Assembly (NCBI GenBank): GCA_965637545.1
Contig: OZ281497.1
Span: 2,356,001 to 2,420,000, forward strand
Direction: 5' to 3'
Length of the DNA stretch: 64,000 nt
Source: Phallusia mammillata
Lineage: Eukaryota
Part shown: positions 1 through 11,800 of the stretch, piece after piece
How positions within the stretch are numbered: the first letter of the stretch is position 1
Layout: the number at the start of each line of letters is the position of its first letter
Position numbers and translations under genes: made by a program
The notes under the pieces: model-generated
Databases searched by the model: none
Seen by the model: only the letters and a program-made list of their open reading frames with translations
What the model was told of the DNA's origin: nothing

Positions 1-344
1 AAAGTTGTTGTGACTAACTCATGCAACCTTGTTGGTCTCGACATACATTAACAGGCAGTCGCATTTTTGATCAAAAACTTTTGACTTAAATTAACGCCAG
101 TCCGCACTCAGCGCAAAACTACTTTTGACGTAGATATATGTCAACATGTGAGACACCAACATTTAAAAAAATACAGAGGTTGATTCATACATCAGTTGAA
201 ACCTACATCTTTTTTCTAATATCCTGAAACTCAAATATTAATGGTTCATTAAAAGTTTGTGATGCACCCTTGTATACCTTTTCGTACTGGTGCATATTTT
301 GGTGCATCCTAGGGTGCACCGTGCACACCGGTTGAAGAGCACTG
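1..344 (-). mobile_element. hAT-type non-autonomous element (MITE), left end just outside the window
   Basis: Ends in GGTTGAAGAGCACTG (330-344). Positions 186-344 and 1-28 are reverse-complement homologous to the element at 48755-49215. Confidence 0.75.
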
Positions 345-429
345 TTTTAAGGTGTTGTGTTTTATATTTGACTAAACTTTGAGGTAAAATACTATTTAAA
401 CACCACATAACCTGTTTTTTATATCTTAG

Positions 430-2431
430 CAAGTTCAGTTTACTATCATTGTATTATCATGCTTCAATTGTACCCTAGCCAGCATTCTGCTTAGCATTTA
501 TACACCTTTGACAATGGACAGGCGAATTGCAGCTTGTGTATTTGGATTCCTCTTGTCATTGACATATGCCATTCAAGGATATCAACTGAAAAACAGAACA
601 TGTATACAAGAAATAAATACAGGTTTACAATGTAGCAAATATAAATGTTGACAAAAAAAACAGAAATATAACAATTTTGCATTTTGTTGGTTAAACTACT
701 AAAAAAATTATAAAGGCAATCTAAAAAGATATTTTCAAAACAGAGGCATTTAATTCTACTTTGAATGGATGTATTCATTTCATGACAATCGTTTTGGGTT
801 GTACTGCATTCTCACTAATTGCATCAAGTGGTTATAGTGGAGCTGTTACATGGGTGATGGCAGCTTACATTATTTCATGGTCATTATCAGTGCTTACAGC
901 TGGTCTGAATAAGGTGAGGATTTGAACAACAATTTGATAAAGTATACATTTCCTATTTGGCAAAAAACAGCAAGTTAGGAAGCAGGATTTTCAACACTTT
1001 GCTCTGCTTCCAAGACATTTACCAAATACTAAGCAAGGGCAGGGGTGGGAAACTTTTTGTTCATAGGTCAACAACAATTGGACGTTAAAAATATGTCAAG
1101 ATTTAGCTACATTAAAGGGTTGGGTTGGCCTGTACTGGGTTTAACTTAAAGAAAGTTGATTGCACTGCTTACCAACAGTCGTTTAAAAGCAAGGTAAGTT
1201 GTTGGTGTTATGACTACCTAATTGGTTGATAACAACGAACACCCGTTTAAATAGTAATGAGTACTTGTGTTTACCTTTTTCCAATTTATCAAAAGGAGTT
1301 CTCCATCGTTGTCTTCTCATTCTTCAATTGTATCCTGGCCAGCATCTTGCTTACGTTTTATACACCTATGAGTATGACGCTGGACAGACGAATGGCAGCT
1401 TGTCTGATTGGATTCCGTTTGTCATGGACATATGGCATTCGAGGCTACCAGTTAAAAGAAAACGCTCCTAAAAGCTTAAGTACGTTGTTCTGTACAAACC
1501 CTAAACAAGGGGCTTAAAAAAGTCCAAGTTGTAGGTTACATGCTGTGTTCTTTTCTTAATGAGTCTATCAAGAATAAAAGCTATGTCAATTGACTGCGAA
1601 TAACCAGTTTTGGTTTTACGTGTTGTTTTGCCCTAAAATGTCTAATTTTTAGACAAAAACTGTCCGAACATGCCTTGTACGTTTGCTAAACTTTAAGTAT
1701 CTTTGACGTAAACCTAAAAAAAGCAAGGTAGAGCTACTAATGTAAGAACTCGCAGTAGCCAGGTTTGGGAATTTCCGATAGGTATAGCGCAACGGAGCAT
1801 AAGCGTTTACCGTGGCGAATTTGCTGACTCAACAATTATTGCCATGGCAAACGCCTATGCTCCGTTGCGCCACCTATCAGAAATTTCCAAACGTGGCTAC
1901 TGTGAGTTCTTACGTTAGTAGCTCTACCTAAAAACAACAACCATGTTTTATTTTGATTTTTCAGAGTATCTGTTGACCAAACAGGGAGTACTGAAGTCGG
2001 TGATCTGTATTTTCGGATACACGGCGTTGTTGCTTCTAGTTACTGCCCGACAATGGTGTCCTTATGGGAGTGAGGGTCTTTGGATTTGGACAATAACCGC
2101 CTATAGCATGAATTGGGCTGTTTCTGTCCTTATCTTTGTGTTGTACATATCAGGATGGGTTATGAAGTTCGATTCGAGGCATGTCGATAATTCCGACAAT
2201 TCAGCTTTTGTCCAAATCGAAATATGGTGTTCATTTTTCTCGTATGTCCATTCTTTTGCTGCGGGCAATGGTGTTATTTTTATTAATTGCTATTCTGCGC
2301 TGGTAGACAGCGCGATGGGATTTGGGATTGCTTTGGCCGTTCTGTATTTGCTGGAGCTAAAGATTTTGGGGGCAAAAAGACGTTTGAGGGTTGCTTTAAA
2401 GTTGTTTCGTGCATTCAGTAGCTGTTTTTAA
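430..2431 (+). CDS. MYADM-like multi-MARVEL membrane protein, gene A (5' end outside the window; at least 3 MARVEL domains)
   Basis: In-frame GT-AG exons deduced at 430-622, 744-913, 1296-1479 and 1965-2431. Hydrophobic helices include LGCTAFSLIASSGYSGAVTWVMAAYIISWSLS, which resembles MYADM. Exon 430-622 is a paralog of exon 1296-1479 (FNCTLASILL..DRRIAAC vs FNCILASILL..DRRMAAC). Confidence 0.8.
1726..1929. mobile_element. Foldback MITE with about 80-bp inverted arms, in the last intron of MARVEL gene A
   Basis: Left arm AGGTAGAGCTACTAATGTAAGAACTCGCAGTAGCC... pairs with right arm ...GGCTACTGTGAGTTCTTACGTTAGTAGCTCTACCT. No clear TSD. Confidence 0.75.
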
Positions 2432-3241
2432 TATTTTTACTTTTATATTAAAGTATTACTTTCTGTCTTTGGACACCTAATATATTACAACCCAATTTTG
2501 CCACCAGGGCGCTTTTTTGCAATACTAAAGAAGAATATATCCAAACACCTTTTTGCAAAATTACAAAATGTAAATTAACAGCTATGTCGTAATAAAAACG
2601 CTGACCCCGACCATAAAAATGCCCAACTTCAGTCCTTTAAATTGTTCTTTACAACCAAATTGTTAAGGATAACAAATGTTTCCACAAATAATTTTCAGCC
2701 CCTTCCAAATTTCACGACAGCCGCTACAGCTTTCTGTATACCTTTTTTTTTGATGGTATATTCTTGGTAGCATTGTATTTTATACACGCAAATGTATTTT
2801 TGTTGCTAATACTGGTTTGTCCAAGTTTAAAAAACAGTCGGCAATGTTAATGCGAAGTGAATTGAGTCCTATTTAAAGACGCTTAATACAAAAAAAGAAA
2901 GTTTTAGTAAATTACAACAACCAGCCACTTTAGTGACGTCACAAACCCACTTGTGATCTCACAAAGGATTAAGAGCCATTATGGGTTGTTCTATAATCGA
3001 TTTGAACGACTCGTCAGCAATTGAGTTTTGGAAAGCAGCTGTACTCTGTAGTTTTATTCAGTATTTAGAAGTTGTGTTAATTAAATTACAGACTCGAAGG
3101 GCTTCTACTTAAAAAAAGAAATCCCTCTTATGAAGCTTGCTTTGGACACAACTGTTTACTATCTATTTTGTGTGTACTACAATTCTTACAAAACCGCTTA
3201 TTAAGTATGCAATACTTTAAACAGGTTTAGTGAGAGTATCA

Positions 3242-4389
3242 ATGGCGCCCGTTGGAATTGATTTCATTAATAGCATAGAAGGAAAAGTAAGGGTAGGGAT
3301 TGTAGGATTAGGATGTTTAGTAATAGCTCTGGTTGCAGCAAGTGACTTTCTCTACACAATCAGTGAAAGCGTTTTGATATGGGTGTTGATAGCTTACATA
3401 ATTTCTTGGTGCCTTTCAACTGCATTCATGATTTTGATCTTCACTGGATATTCTGAAAAGATAAAGTGGAAAATGCCCTTTAAGGCAAGTATGCTAAAAT
3501 TGATCTAATTTGTTTTTACAACAGTTTTACACATTTTTTGGACTTTACCTTATGACCAAAACTATGTTACTGATACTTCGGTTTTCTTGTTAAGACCAAT
3601 CAAAACTATTCTACTTGCTGCAGGCTTGGGATTACATTGCAACAATATTGTCTTTGGTTAACTGCACAATTGCAAGTCTGGTGCTGGCAATTCACACTGG
3701 TTCAAGAAATGGCGCGAGAATTGCTGCATGTTTTTTCGGATTTCTGTGGACAATCTTGTACGGCTACGAAGCTTTTTTAGGCCGTGACAATGCACCAACA
3801 GAATTAAGTAAGTTTTGCACGGCCGAAAGAATAGCCTATATTGTTTTTCTCTAAAATCTTACCAACCCGTGATTGCAACAGTTCAAAAACATTTAATTTA
3901 ATTTCTGCAGAGTTTTTATGGAGCAAAAAGGGAATTATAAAGTCAGCCGTTTGTATATCGGGTTGCCTGACAGTGGCCCTTCTTGATGCCGCCGGGTTCC
4001 ACTGCTGGGACCCCTCGGACAACTGTGACGCCGCCCGCACATGGGCTTTTTCCGCCTACGTCATAAGCTGGTCAGTCAGCGTCATAATACTCATTGTACA
4101 CGTCACAGGCCGGGCAGTTATGATCTCTGTCTTTGTGATCTTGGATTTTTTGTGGTCGGCGTTTTCTTTTGTCCACTTTTTGCTTGCGTCAGCGGTTTTG
4201 TCATGCTACATGAAGTGTGTGAGTTACAACCATTTCGATTGCGGTGCGAGATTGGCTGCTGTAATGTTTGGGATTTTAACAGCTGGATTGTATCTCTATG
4301 AGGCGTTTGTCCTTAAGGCGGATGTTAATTGGCCAATTTTAAAACCAGTGCCAAATAATCACGGTCAAAATAATCAAGCTGAGGGGTAA
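3242..4389 (+). CDS. MYADM-like double-MARVEL membrane protein, gene B (301 aa)
   Basis: Exons 3242-3484, 3624-3807 and 3911-4389 give 906 nt in frame. The first intron needs a GC donor (AAG/gcaagt). The middle exon is 184 nt, the same as in gene A, and the phase-1 junctions NAPTEL/KFLW and NAPKSL/KYLL match. Confidence 0.85.
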
Positions 4390-5811
4390 AGTTAGTGTTG
4401 ATTAATAACAAGATCAATTTGGTAAACAACCAACAAAGAGATTTGGTAAAAGTTGTCATAAATTTAACCTTTTTTCCGCTTGAAGTTTCAATCAGTTTTT
4501 GTCAATATTTTTTACACTGTGTTTGCATTTAGCGACTAAGGCAATTTTATACTTTTATAAAGCGTTGCTTTTACAATTAATACATCAATGCTGCACTGGC
4601 GTATTTGCTTTGACCGTTTGTTTTTGTTGTGCTCATGTTTAAGCTTGTGTAAAACGTATTGTCAATTTATATTTTGTGCTGTTTAAGAGGGAATTTCTCA
4701 GCTTAAATTGCGCTTCATAAGTTTATTTTATTTGACAAAATGTCGTGCACATAAAACACAATGAGAATTTCATTAAAAAACACAACTATTTGAAGAAAAG
4801 TTTGATTCCATTCCCCCCTGCTAATGTAAAAACTCGTGGTAGGAGCGACATCTAGTGGAAAAAATGTAGAGTTTTGCGAGCGGGTAATACCCAATCACAA
4901 TAAAACCTGCGATGCGTGAAAAAACAGTGACGTAAGGAAAAGTGCAAGCGACATAGAAATTGTACTCGTTTTGGACGGAACAGGATGGAACCTAAAGAAA
5001 TAATTAAAGAAACCATAGAAATGAAGTGGAACAAACAATTATAACGATGATAAAAAGTTTACAAACGGTCAAGGTCAATAGAAAGGGTGAATCCCCTATA
5101 CAAGCTTTCAACGAAGTAAAAATGTGAAGAAAATTCGTTGATCACAATGAAACATCTCGTAAAAAGTGGTGGCTACGTAAAAAGGGAAACCTACGTCATA
5201 TACTGATGACGTAATAGTGTTGTACAGTACTTAGCTGTGAGCTTGAACAGGGGGTGGTTTTGGGGGGTTCACAGTACAATCGGTTTGGCAGTGCACAAAA
5301 AGACACAGTAGGATTACTATTCCGCGCACATTTATCAACACACAAACTGGAACACCTATTGAAGATAACAGTCATGGTTTCGCTCGAGTACGTGTGAAAA
5401 TAAGGACCATGTGGTAAACCCGACTGTGGAACTAATGCTGGACGAAAAAGCAAATAAAAACTGTTGCTTGAAACACTGGTATAAGTACAACCCAAAAACC
5501 TTTTTTGAAACACTGCTTTCGACACTTGTGATAAGTTTCGCTTGAGTTTCCAAGTGTAGACACAACAAACACAACTTAAATATTGAGTTGGTGAAAAATA
5601 CGGAACTTCTTTGGCACAGGAGCAGTAAGAGCAAGTGCAGGGGTCGACTCCAGAACGGTCCACGCTCCGGAGCGCCAACGAGTGGACGCGCAAAAGCAAG
5701 CTCGATTGGGCAAAAAAGCGCAGAAGCAAAAAGGCTAACGTGCTACATACTGTACATTTAAATACAGCGCCATATCTTATATCAAAGCGACCTTTTGCGA
5801 ACTCCCGCTGG

Positions 5812-5885
5812 AAAATGACGTCATAAACAGACCCTATGACGTCATGAGCAGACCCTACGACGTCATAACCAGGCCCGATGACGTT
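5812..5885. repeat. Three to four degenerate ~21-bp repeats containing TGACGTCA-like palindromes, just downstream of the Glis stop codon
   Basis: cagaccctatgacgtcatgag / cagaccctacgacgtcataac / caggcccgatgacgttacatag. Confidence 0.7.
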
Positions 5886-8800
5886 ACATAGGGCCGTCGG
5901 CGAAGACCATGGACATTTGACTTGGACATCGGTCGACCACATTGAGTTGTAACATTCCCGTGGAATCGTGACTGCGCATGGACTCGGCGTTGGTGATAAC
6001 GCTGTAGGGTGAACTTGGGGGAAGTTCCAACCCTAGGGGTGAAAACGGGGTTAGTGACGTCACTGAGCAAGAGGGTAAAGTTTTCTCAAATTTTGTTGTG
6101 AGACAGAATGACAAACACGGTTTCGGACAGACGGATAGATTAACACTTACACACACAAACATAACAATATAGCCACAGACACAAACCGAACCTTAATCCG
6201 AATCGGAAGCTTGGAAATAGAAGTGGGTAAGAAAAATATAATGGTTGAGGAATGGGTATAATATAATAGGTAAGCCCTGTGAGGCGTAAAAGTCGAAATC
6301 CGACTCACAACGTAACACATAGTTTAGGCTTTTGCACAATTCTGTTAAACTTATAAGATTTCTTGATTGTCGACATAATGTATTGTAACAACTAACCTAA
6401 ATGGCCACGTCTGAAGCTTATTTCTATTTACCCCTAAAGCATTGACTAAGGCAGTGGTTCCCAACTAGGGGGAGATTTTGTAATTTGTTGGGGGGAATTT
6501 GTGTCATAATATTAATCTCTTACTGGTTGTCTGTGCTATGTGTTATTGCTGCATATGTGTTATTGCTGCACGATATTTCAGCAAACTAAATTGATAGGGA
6601 GAATTGGATTTGAATATCGACTAAAAGGGTGCACAGGACAAAAAGGTTGCACAGGACAAAAAAGGTTGGAAACCACTGGACTAAGGCATATTTATTACGT
6701 CAAAATTGGTATGCACAATGTATCAGTGTATCAATCTTTGGTAATCAAGAGATTTTAACAGACGTAGAAACAAGTTTAAACTGTCATCAACCTACCTCCA
6801 CGATCAATGCTGTTACTCCGTGCCGATAAAGCTCTCTGGACTGCTTCATACGTCATCCCTCCGCCTTCCATTTCACCATCTATGAAGTGGATGTTTGGAG
6901 CAAGATGATTGGGTCCGCTTGACGAGTAAACTCTAAGTTAAGGAAAGCAGATATACAGATGATGGTTAAAACACTCTTGGTTAAAACGGAATAAGGTAAA
7001 GGAATATATGTATATGCTTAACTTAAATCAGTGGTTCCCAATCGGGGAGGAATTTTGAAACTTGAAGGGAGGATTTTTTTTCAATTTTGACATGAGGTTT
7101 TTAAACAGAGACTAAGCTCTGGCAATATAACCTGTGAAGTTGTTAAAAGACCAAATTTGATTTATCTTTGTATGGTTTAGAATCTACTTATAGCATAGGA
7201 TAGCAAGGGATGAATAAAAATGTTTTAAATTGTTAAGGGAGGGATTCGTCGAAAAAAATAGGATACCAGTGGCTTAAATGGAAGCATCAGACTCTTATTC
7301 AAGCGGCACGTTCAGTTTTATCGTCCATTGTTTTACCCGTTTTATAGTTAAAAAAGGCAAACAGTGACATTTAGTTCAAACCATGCTGTTGATGGTTTTG
7401 ATCCATTGCTAAAACTATTGTATTGGTGTTAGATTTTAATGAACCTTTTTAAGACTTAAAAGTGAAAGTTCTGTATTGGTATTTACACAATGTTTGGCTA
7501 TCATTGTTAAGATCTAATAGTAAATGTAGTATAAGCAATAAAACAAATTGTATGTTACCTGAGTCTTCCGGTTTGTATGGTTGGTGTAACTGACATAGCG
7601 TGGTGTCGTTGTTGGTTGTGTTGATGTTGCACCGGTTGCTCTCGCTCGTGCGAAACTACAAAAGCAAAAACACATCGTTTAACACAAAACCATAATGCTT
7701 TGCGTCTTACGGGCGTCATTTTAAGACCTTGACGCACTGTTTGACAATATGTCTCATCGAAATATAGATTTAAATAGGATTTAAGCAACCAAAAATATGT
7801 ACAAAGTCGCAAAACGGGTACAGAAGTATAAATTGTGTGTAGTTATTTTATTGCGTATGTAAATAGAATCATTAATAAACATAATTGTAAAACACACACA
7901 TAACAGCAGACATACACATTCAGAGTAAAGAACCATGTCAAATACAACTGAACACACCAACCACAACTGAACACTAACATAAGAACTAAACTGAAACACC
8001 TTGGCAAACTGCCACATGGCAAAATCAGTCAACCATAAATAATTTCACTCATGCATAAAATAAAATCACTGATGCATTAAGGTGCATACGCAATTTAATC
8101 TAACAAATTGGATTATTGTGAAACTCACTTTGGAGAAGGTTGGGGGTAAGCATTGACCTTCGCGAACTCGGTCTGGGTGTAGTCGGGGGGTGTGGGGTCA
8201 ACCTTTGCTCCGCGTAGCCCCCGAAACCAGCGGGGTCATGCGGGGGCGCTTGGGGTATGGTCATGACGTCATGTACCTGTATATGGGGATTCCGGGAGTG
8301 GGGAATCCCCTCAACGTGACGTGGCGGCGGCGGGGGAGGTGGGGGCATTAGTTGTAAATCCGGGGGCTGGGTGTGGGGCACCGAAAAGCCCCCTTCGTGA
8401 AAGTTTGTCTGGCTTTCCGAGTACGCCGGGGGGTTAGGGGGTGCTTCGAAGTGCTGGAAGCTTGATGAAGTCATTGGGTTGCTTGCGGAGATGGGGGGGA
8501 GGTGGTGGTGTGGCGCGGGGTGTTGTGGTGGGTGAGGTGGGTGAGGTGGGTGAAATGAGGGGTGCATATGAGCGGGGGTGCGATGGGGGACCAGGGGGTG
8601 TTTGATCCCGTGGGTGGGATGCGGAGATGCGAGGGATGATCGGTTGCTAGGCAACAGGTGGCTGTTTTTTATGTGGTTCACAGGAGTTCCTATATGTGCA
8701 CCTGGTGAAAAATATTCAAAATGGTTATGTTTTGAACCCGGCATTTTGTGAAAAGCCAAAATCAATTTACCTGGATGCTCGGTATCGAAAACATCATCAT

Positions 8801-11800
8801 GCGGAAGAAGATTAAGAGGTTGGATCGTGAGGCAATCTCCCAACTTCTCTCCTCCAACTCCAAGAGGATCACCACCTCTCATCTTTAATTATTTTAATTT
8901 TTTGTGAGAAAAAATAGGTTCAATTAACTATTTATCGATGTTAAAACTGTGCTTTTACAGAAATCGTCCTGAACCGAGGAGTGTGTGCTGCTGTCGTTGT
9001 GTTAGTCTTTTATTATTATTTCACATCTTTCATTGCCTAATAACTTAATTTTAGATTTTATTTCTTGCTTAGAACTGAGGATGCTGTTAAATTGGCGAAA
9101 TCGATATTATTTACAATACATTGCAACACGAAAAACACAAATTGATTTAGGTGTTGTTCATTGGTTCCCTGTAAAAACTGAGCATTCTGATTGACTATTG
9201 GCTTACCTTCTTTCGCGCCTGTTGCTCTTTCGACATGTGACCTCCTTTCACGTGCTTACGTAAAGATGACGGATCTGTGTAGCGTTTCGTACACCCGGGA
9301 TACTGGCACGCATATGGTTTCTGTGAAAGAGATGCAAAAAACGAGCTTTTTAAAATGAGAATAGTACGGTTTAAGTCTTCTGATAATAGAATCAGATGTT
9401 TGTTACTATTGTATATACTTATAGAAAATGACCCTAAATAATGTATTTAGCAGTGTTAAGCAAAAACACGGTTTGCATTGCTTGGGTTGTTTAATGATAA
9501 GTTCCCAAAGTTGTACGTTAATTGTGTCGAACTACTGACTTTTTCTACAACAATTATACTAAAAATTGTCAACAAATTGTCAACATACATTATTTAATTA
9601 TTTATCAAGTATTTATGGAGACCTAAGTCAAAATACATCAATATCTTGTTGCATTAGGTACGGACGAAAGCACGAAAACCAAATAGCACCAATACATAGT
9701 TTAGAGTTTGACCGACCTAATTTGTTTTTAAGTGCAACAAGACTTCAGAAAAAAAGATCTTACCGTGTCTAAGTGAGTTCTTTGGTGTTTTGCTCGATCT
9801 GACGAGTTACTGAAGGCTTTATTGCAGCCTTGATTTTGACAAACGTAGGGCCTTTCCCCGGTGTGAGAACGGAGATGAATTTTCAGGTTTTCCAATCGCG
9901 AAAAGGCCTTGTTGCAACCTTCGAACTACAAAAACCAAAAAATATGTAATTTTAGCATAAAAAGAGCCTTATATAATACAATAGTGCAAATGCTTGAAAC
10001 AACGTTCGGTAAAAAAACAAGTTTGATTTAGCTTTTTTTCAAAAAAAAGAAACAAATATACGCTTTATAGGAAGTCATTGGTCATAAGTTTAAAGTCAAA
10101 CAAACATTATATTATCAGCCTAACTTTAACCTTTTTCATAACAGCACATAGGAAAGCACGTGTATATTTTTAGGCCCAGTCTTTTATTCGGGGTAAATCT
10201 AGCGCAAAAATTTAATTGGCAACATTGCTATTGTGCTGCTTTTATCACATAGAACTTAATCTCCTATATATAGAAGGCGAAGGTAAAACAGCGGGATAGA
10301 ATTGTCGGAATTACGTTGTCCATATACACAATAGAAAAGACACTTTTATCGGAGCTAAAATTGGTGAAGTTCAGTTAAGTTGGGTTTTTATTTGGCTCAG
10401 TGAATAAATCCAAGGTGACACAATGACACTAAAATAATCACAAAGTCGGAAATAGCTGGGTAAGTTTCTAACCCGCTTGTGGAAATTGTTCGAATAATTA
10501 AAGTACGGTAAAATGACATTTAAGTTTTAGTTAGGCATTAGCAGAAAAGAATTGCGTGGCGACTTTTATGCGCTAAATTGGAATATTGTGCAGCTAGGAA
10601 GTACATCATTTAAATAACGATTTGAAAACCGAAGCAGACCCAAAACAGACAAACAATAGAATGTTATTGCAAAATAGGGAGTAACTGCAATCATCCAGTG
10701 GGAAAAACTAGCACAACTAGCCGCGAACCGCAAGCAAAATTCCCAATCTTGCAATAAACAAGGTTAATTCAGCAAAAATAGTTTGCTTTGGGAGGCGCAT
10801 AACATTTCCATGTAACCAATTTTAAAACTTTCAACTGTTACAATTGCTATACAAAAAAACTTTTTTTTGTAAGAAATATGTGACGTCACAATCAATACAC
10901 AACATCCTATGACGTCACGACTCTGTAAGATCACCTAGCGGATGGAACGCATGTCAAGGAAGTGTCCTATATTTGACACGAAGTACAGAAATAACTCGTG
11001 TGTTGTACAGGACACGGCGTTTTTCGATGTTTAAAGCAGATGTCACTGCATATATTGAGTGGGAAGGTCAACAAAGTTACAACACCGCGGTAAATTTGGC
11101 GAACACCGTGTGCTTACAGAAGTCGGCTGTCGAATGGCCGTTAAACCCTTTTCCCAGAGGATTTTTTTTTCAACTTGTTCGCATATTTGCAAGTGTTTTT
11201 TAGGCAAATAGTACGAGATGCTTGTTGACAAAAACGTATTTACCACCCCAATAGATTTGAAAGGACGTTGAACCTTCCTAGAAGAATTTTTATCTTGTAA
11301 GGGTGTTTGCAAGTGTTTTTAGGCAAATAGTAATACATGCATGTTATTAGAAACGTAGTTACCACCCAAACGGCTTTAAAGGGACGTTGAACCTAATTCC
11401 TATTTTTTTTTATCTTGTCAGGATATTTGCAAGCGTTTTTGGCAAATAATAATATATGGATGTTGACGGAAATGTATCTAATAAATTTGAAAGCACGTTG
11501 AAACTATAGGGATTTTTTAATGTCAGCAAATCTGGATGCGGTTTTTAGTGAATTGAAAAATACGTTTTCAGCACCAACAATGGCTTCTTGGATGAACCTA
11601 AACTTGCAACAAAATAAATACACAAGCCTGAGAGTTTATAGTGATGTACCGAACCCGCTTTAAAAATCGAAAAACTATCAACCCAATTCGGTCAAATCTG
11701 AAAGACCTGTCCAAATGGATGTTTTTAGCAATGTAAGTAAATTTATGACTCCCAATACACCTTGTACAGTACACAAGTTGCACAAAACACCAACGCTATT

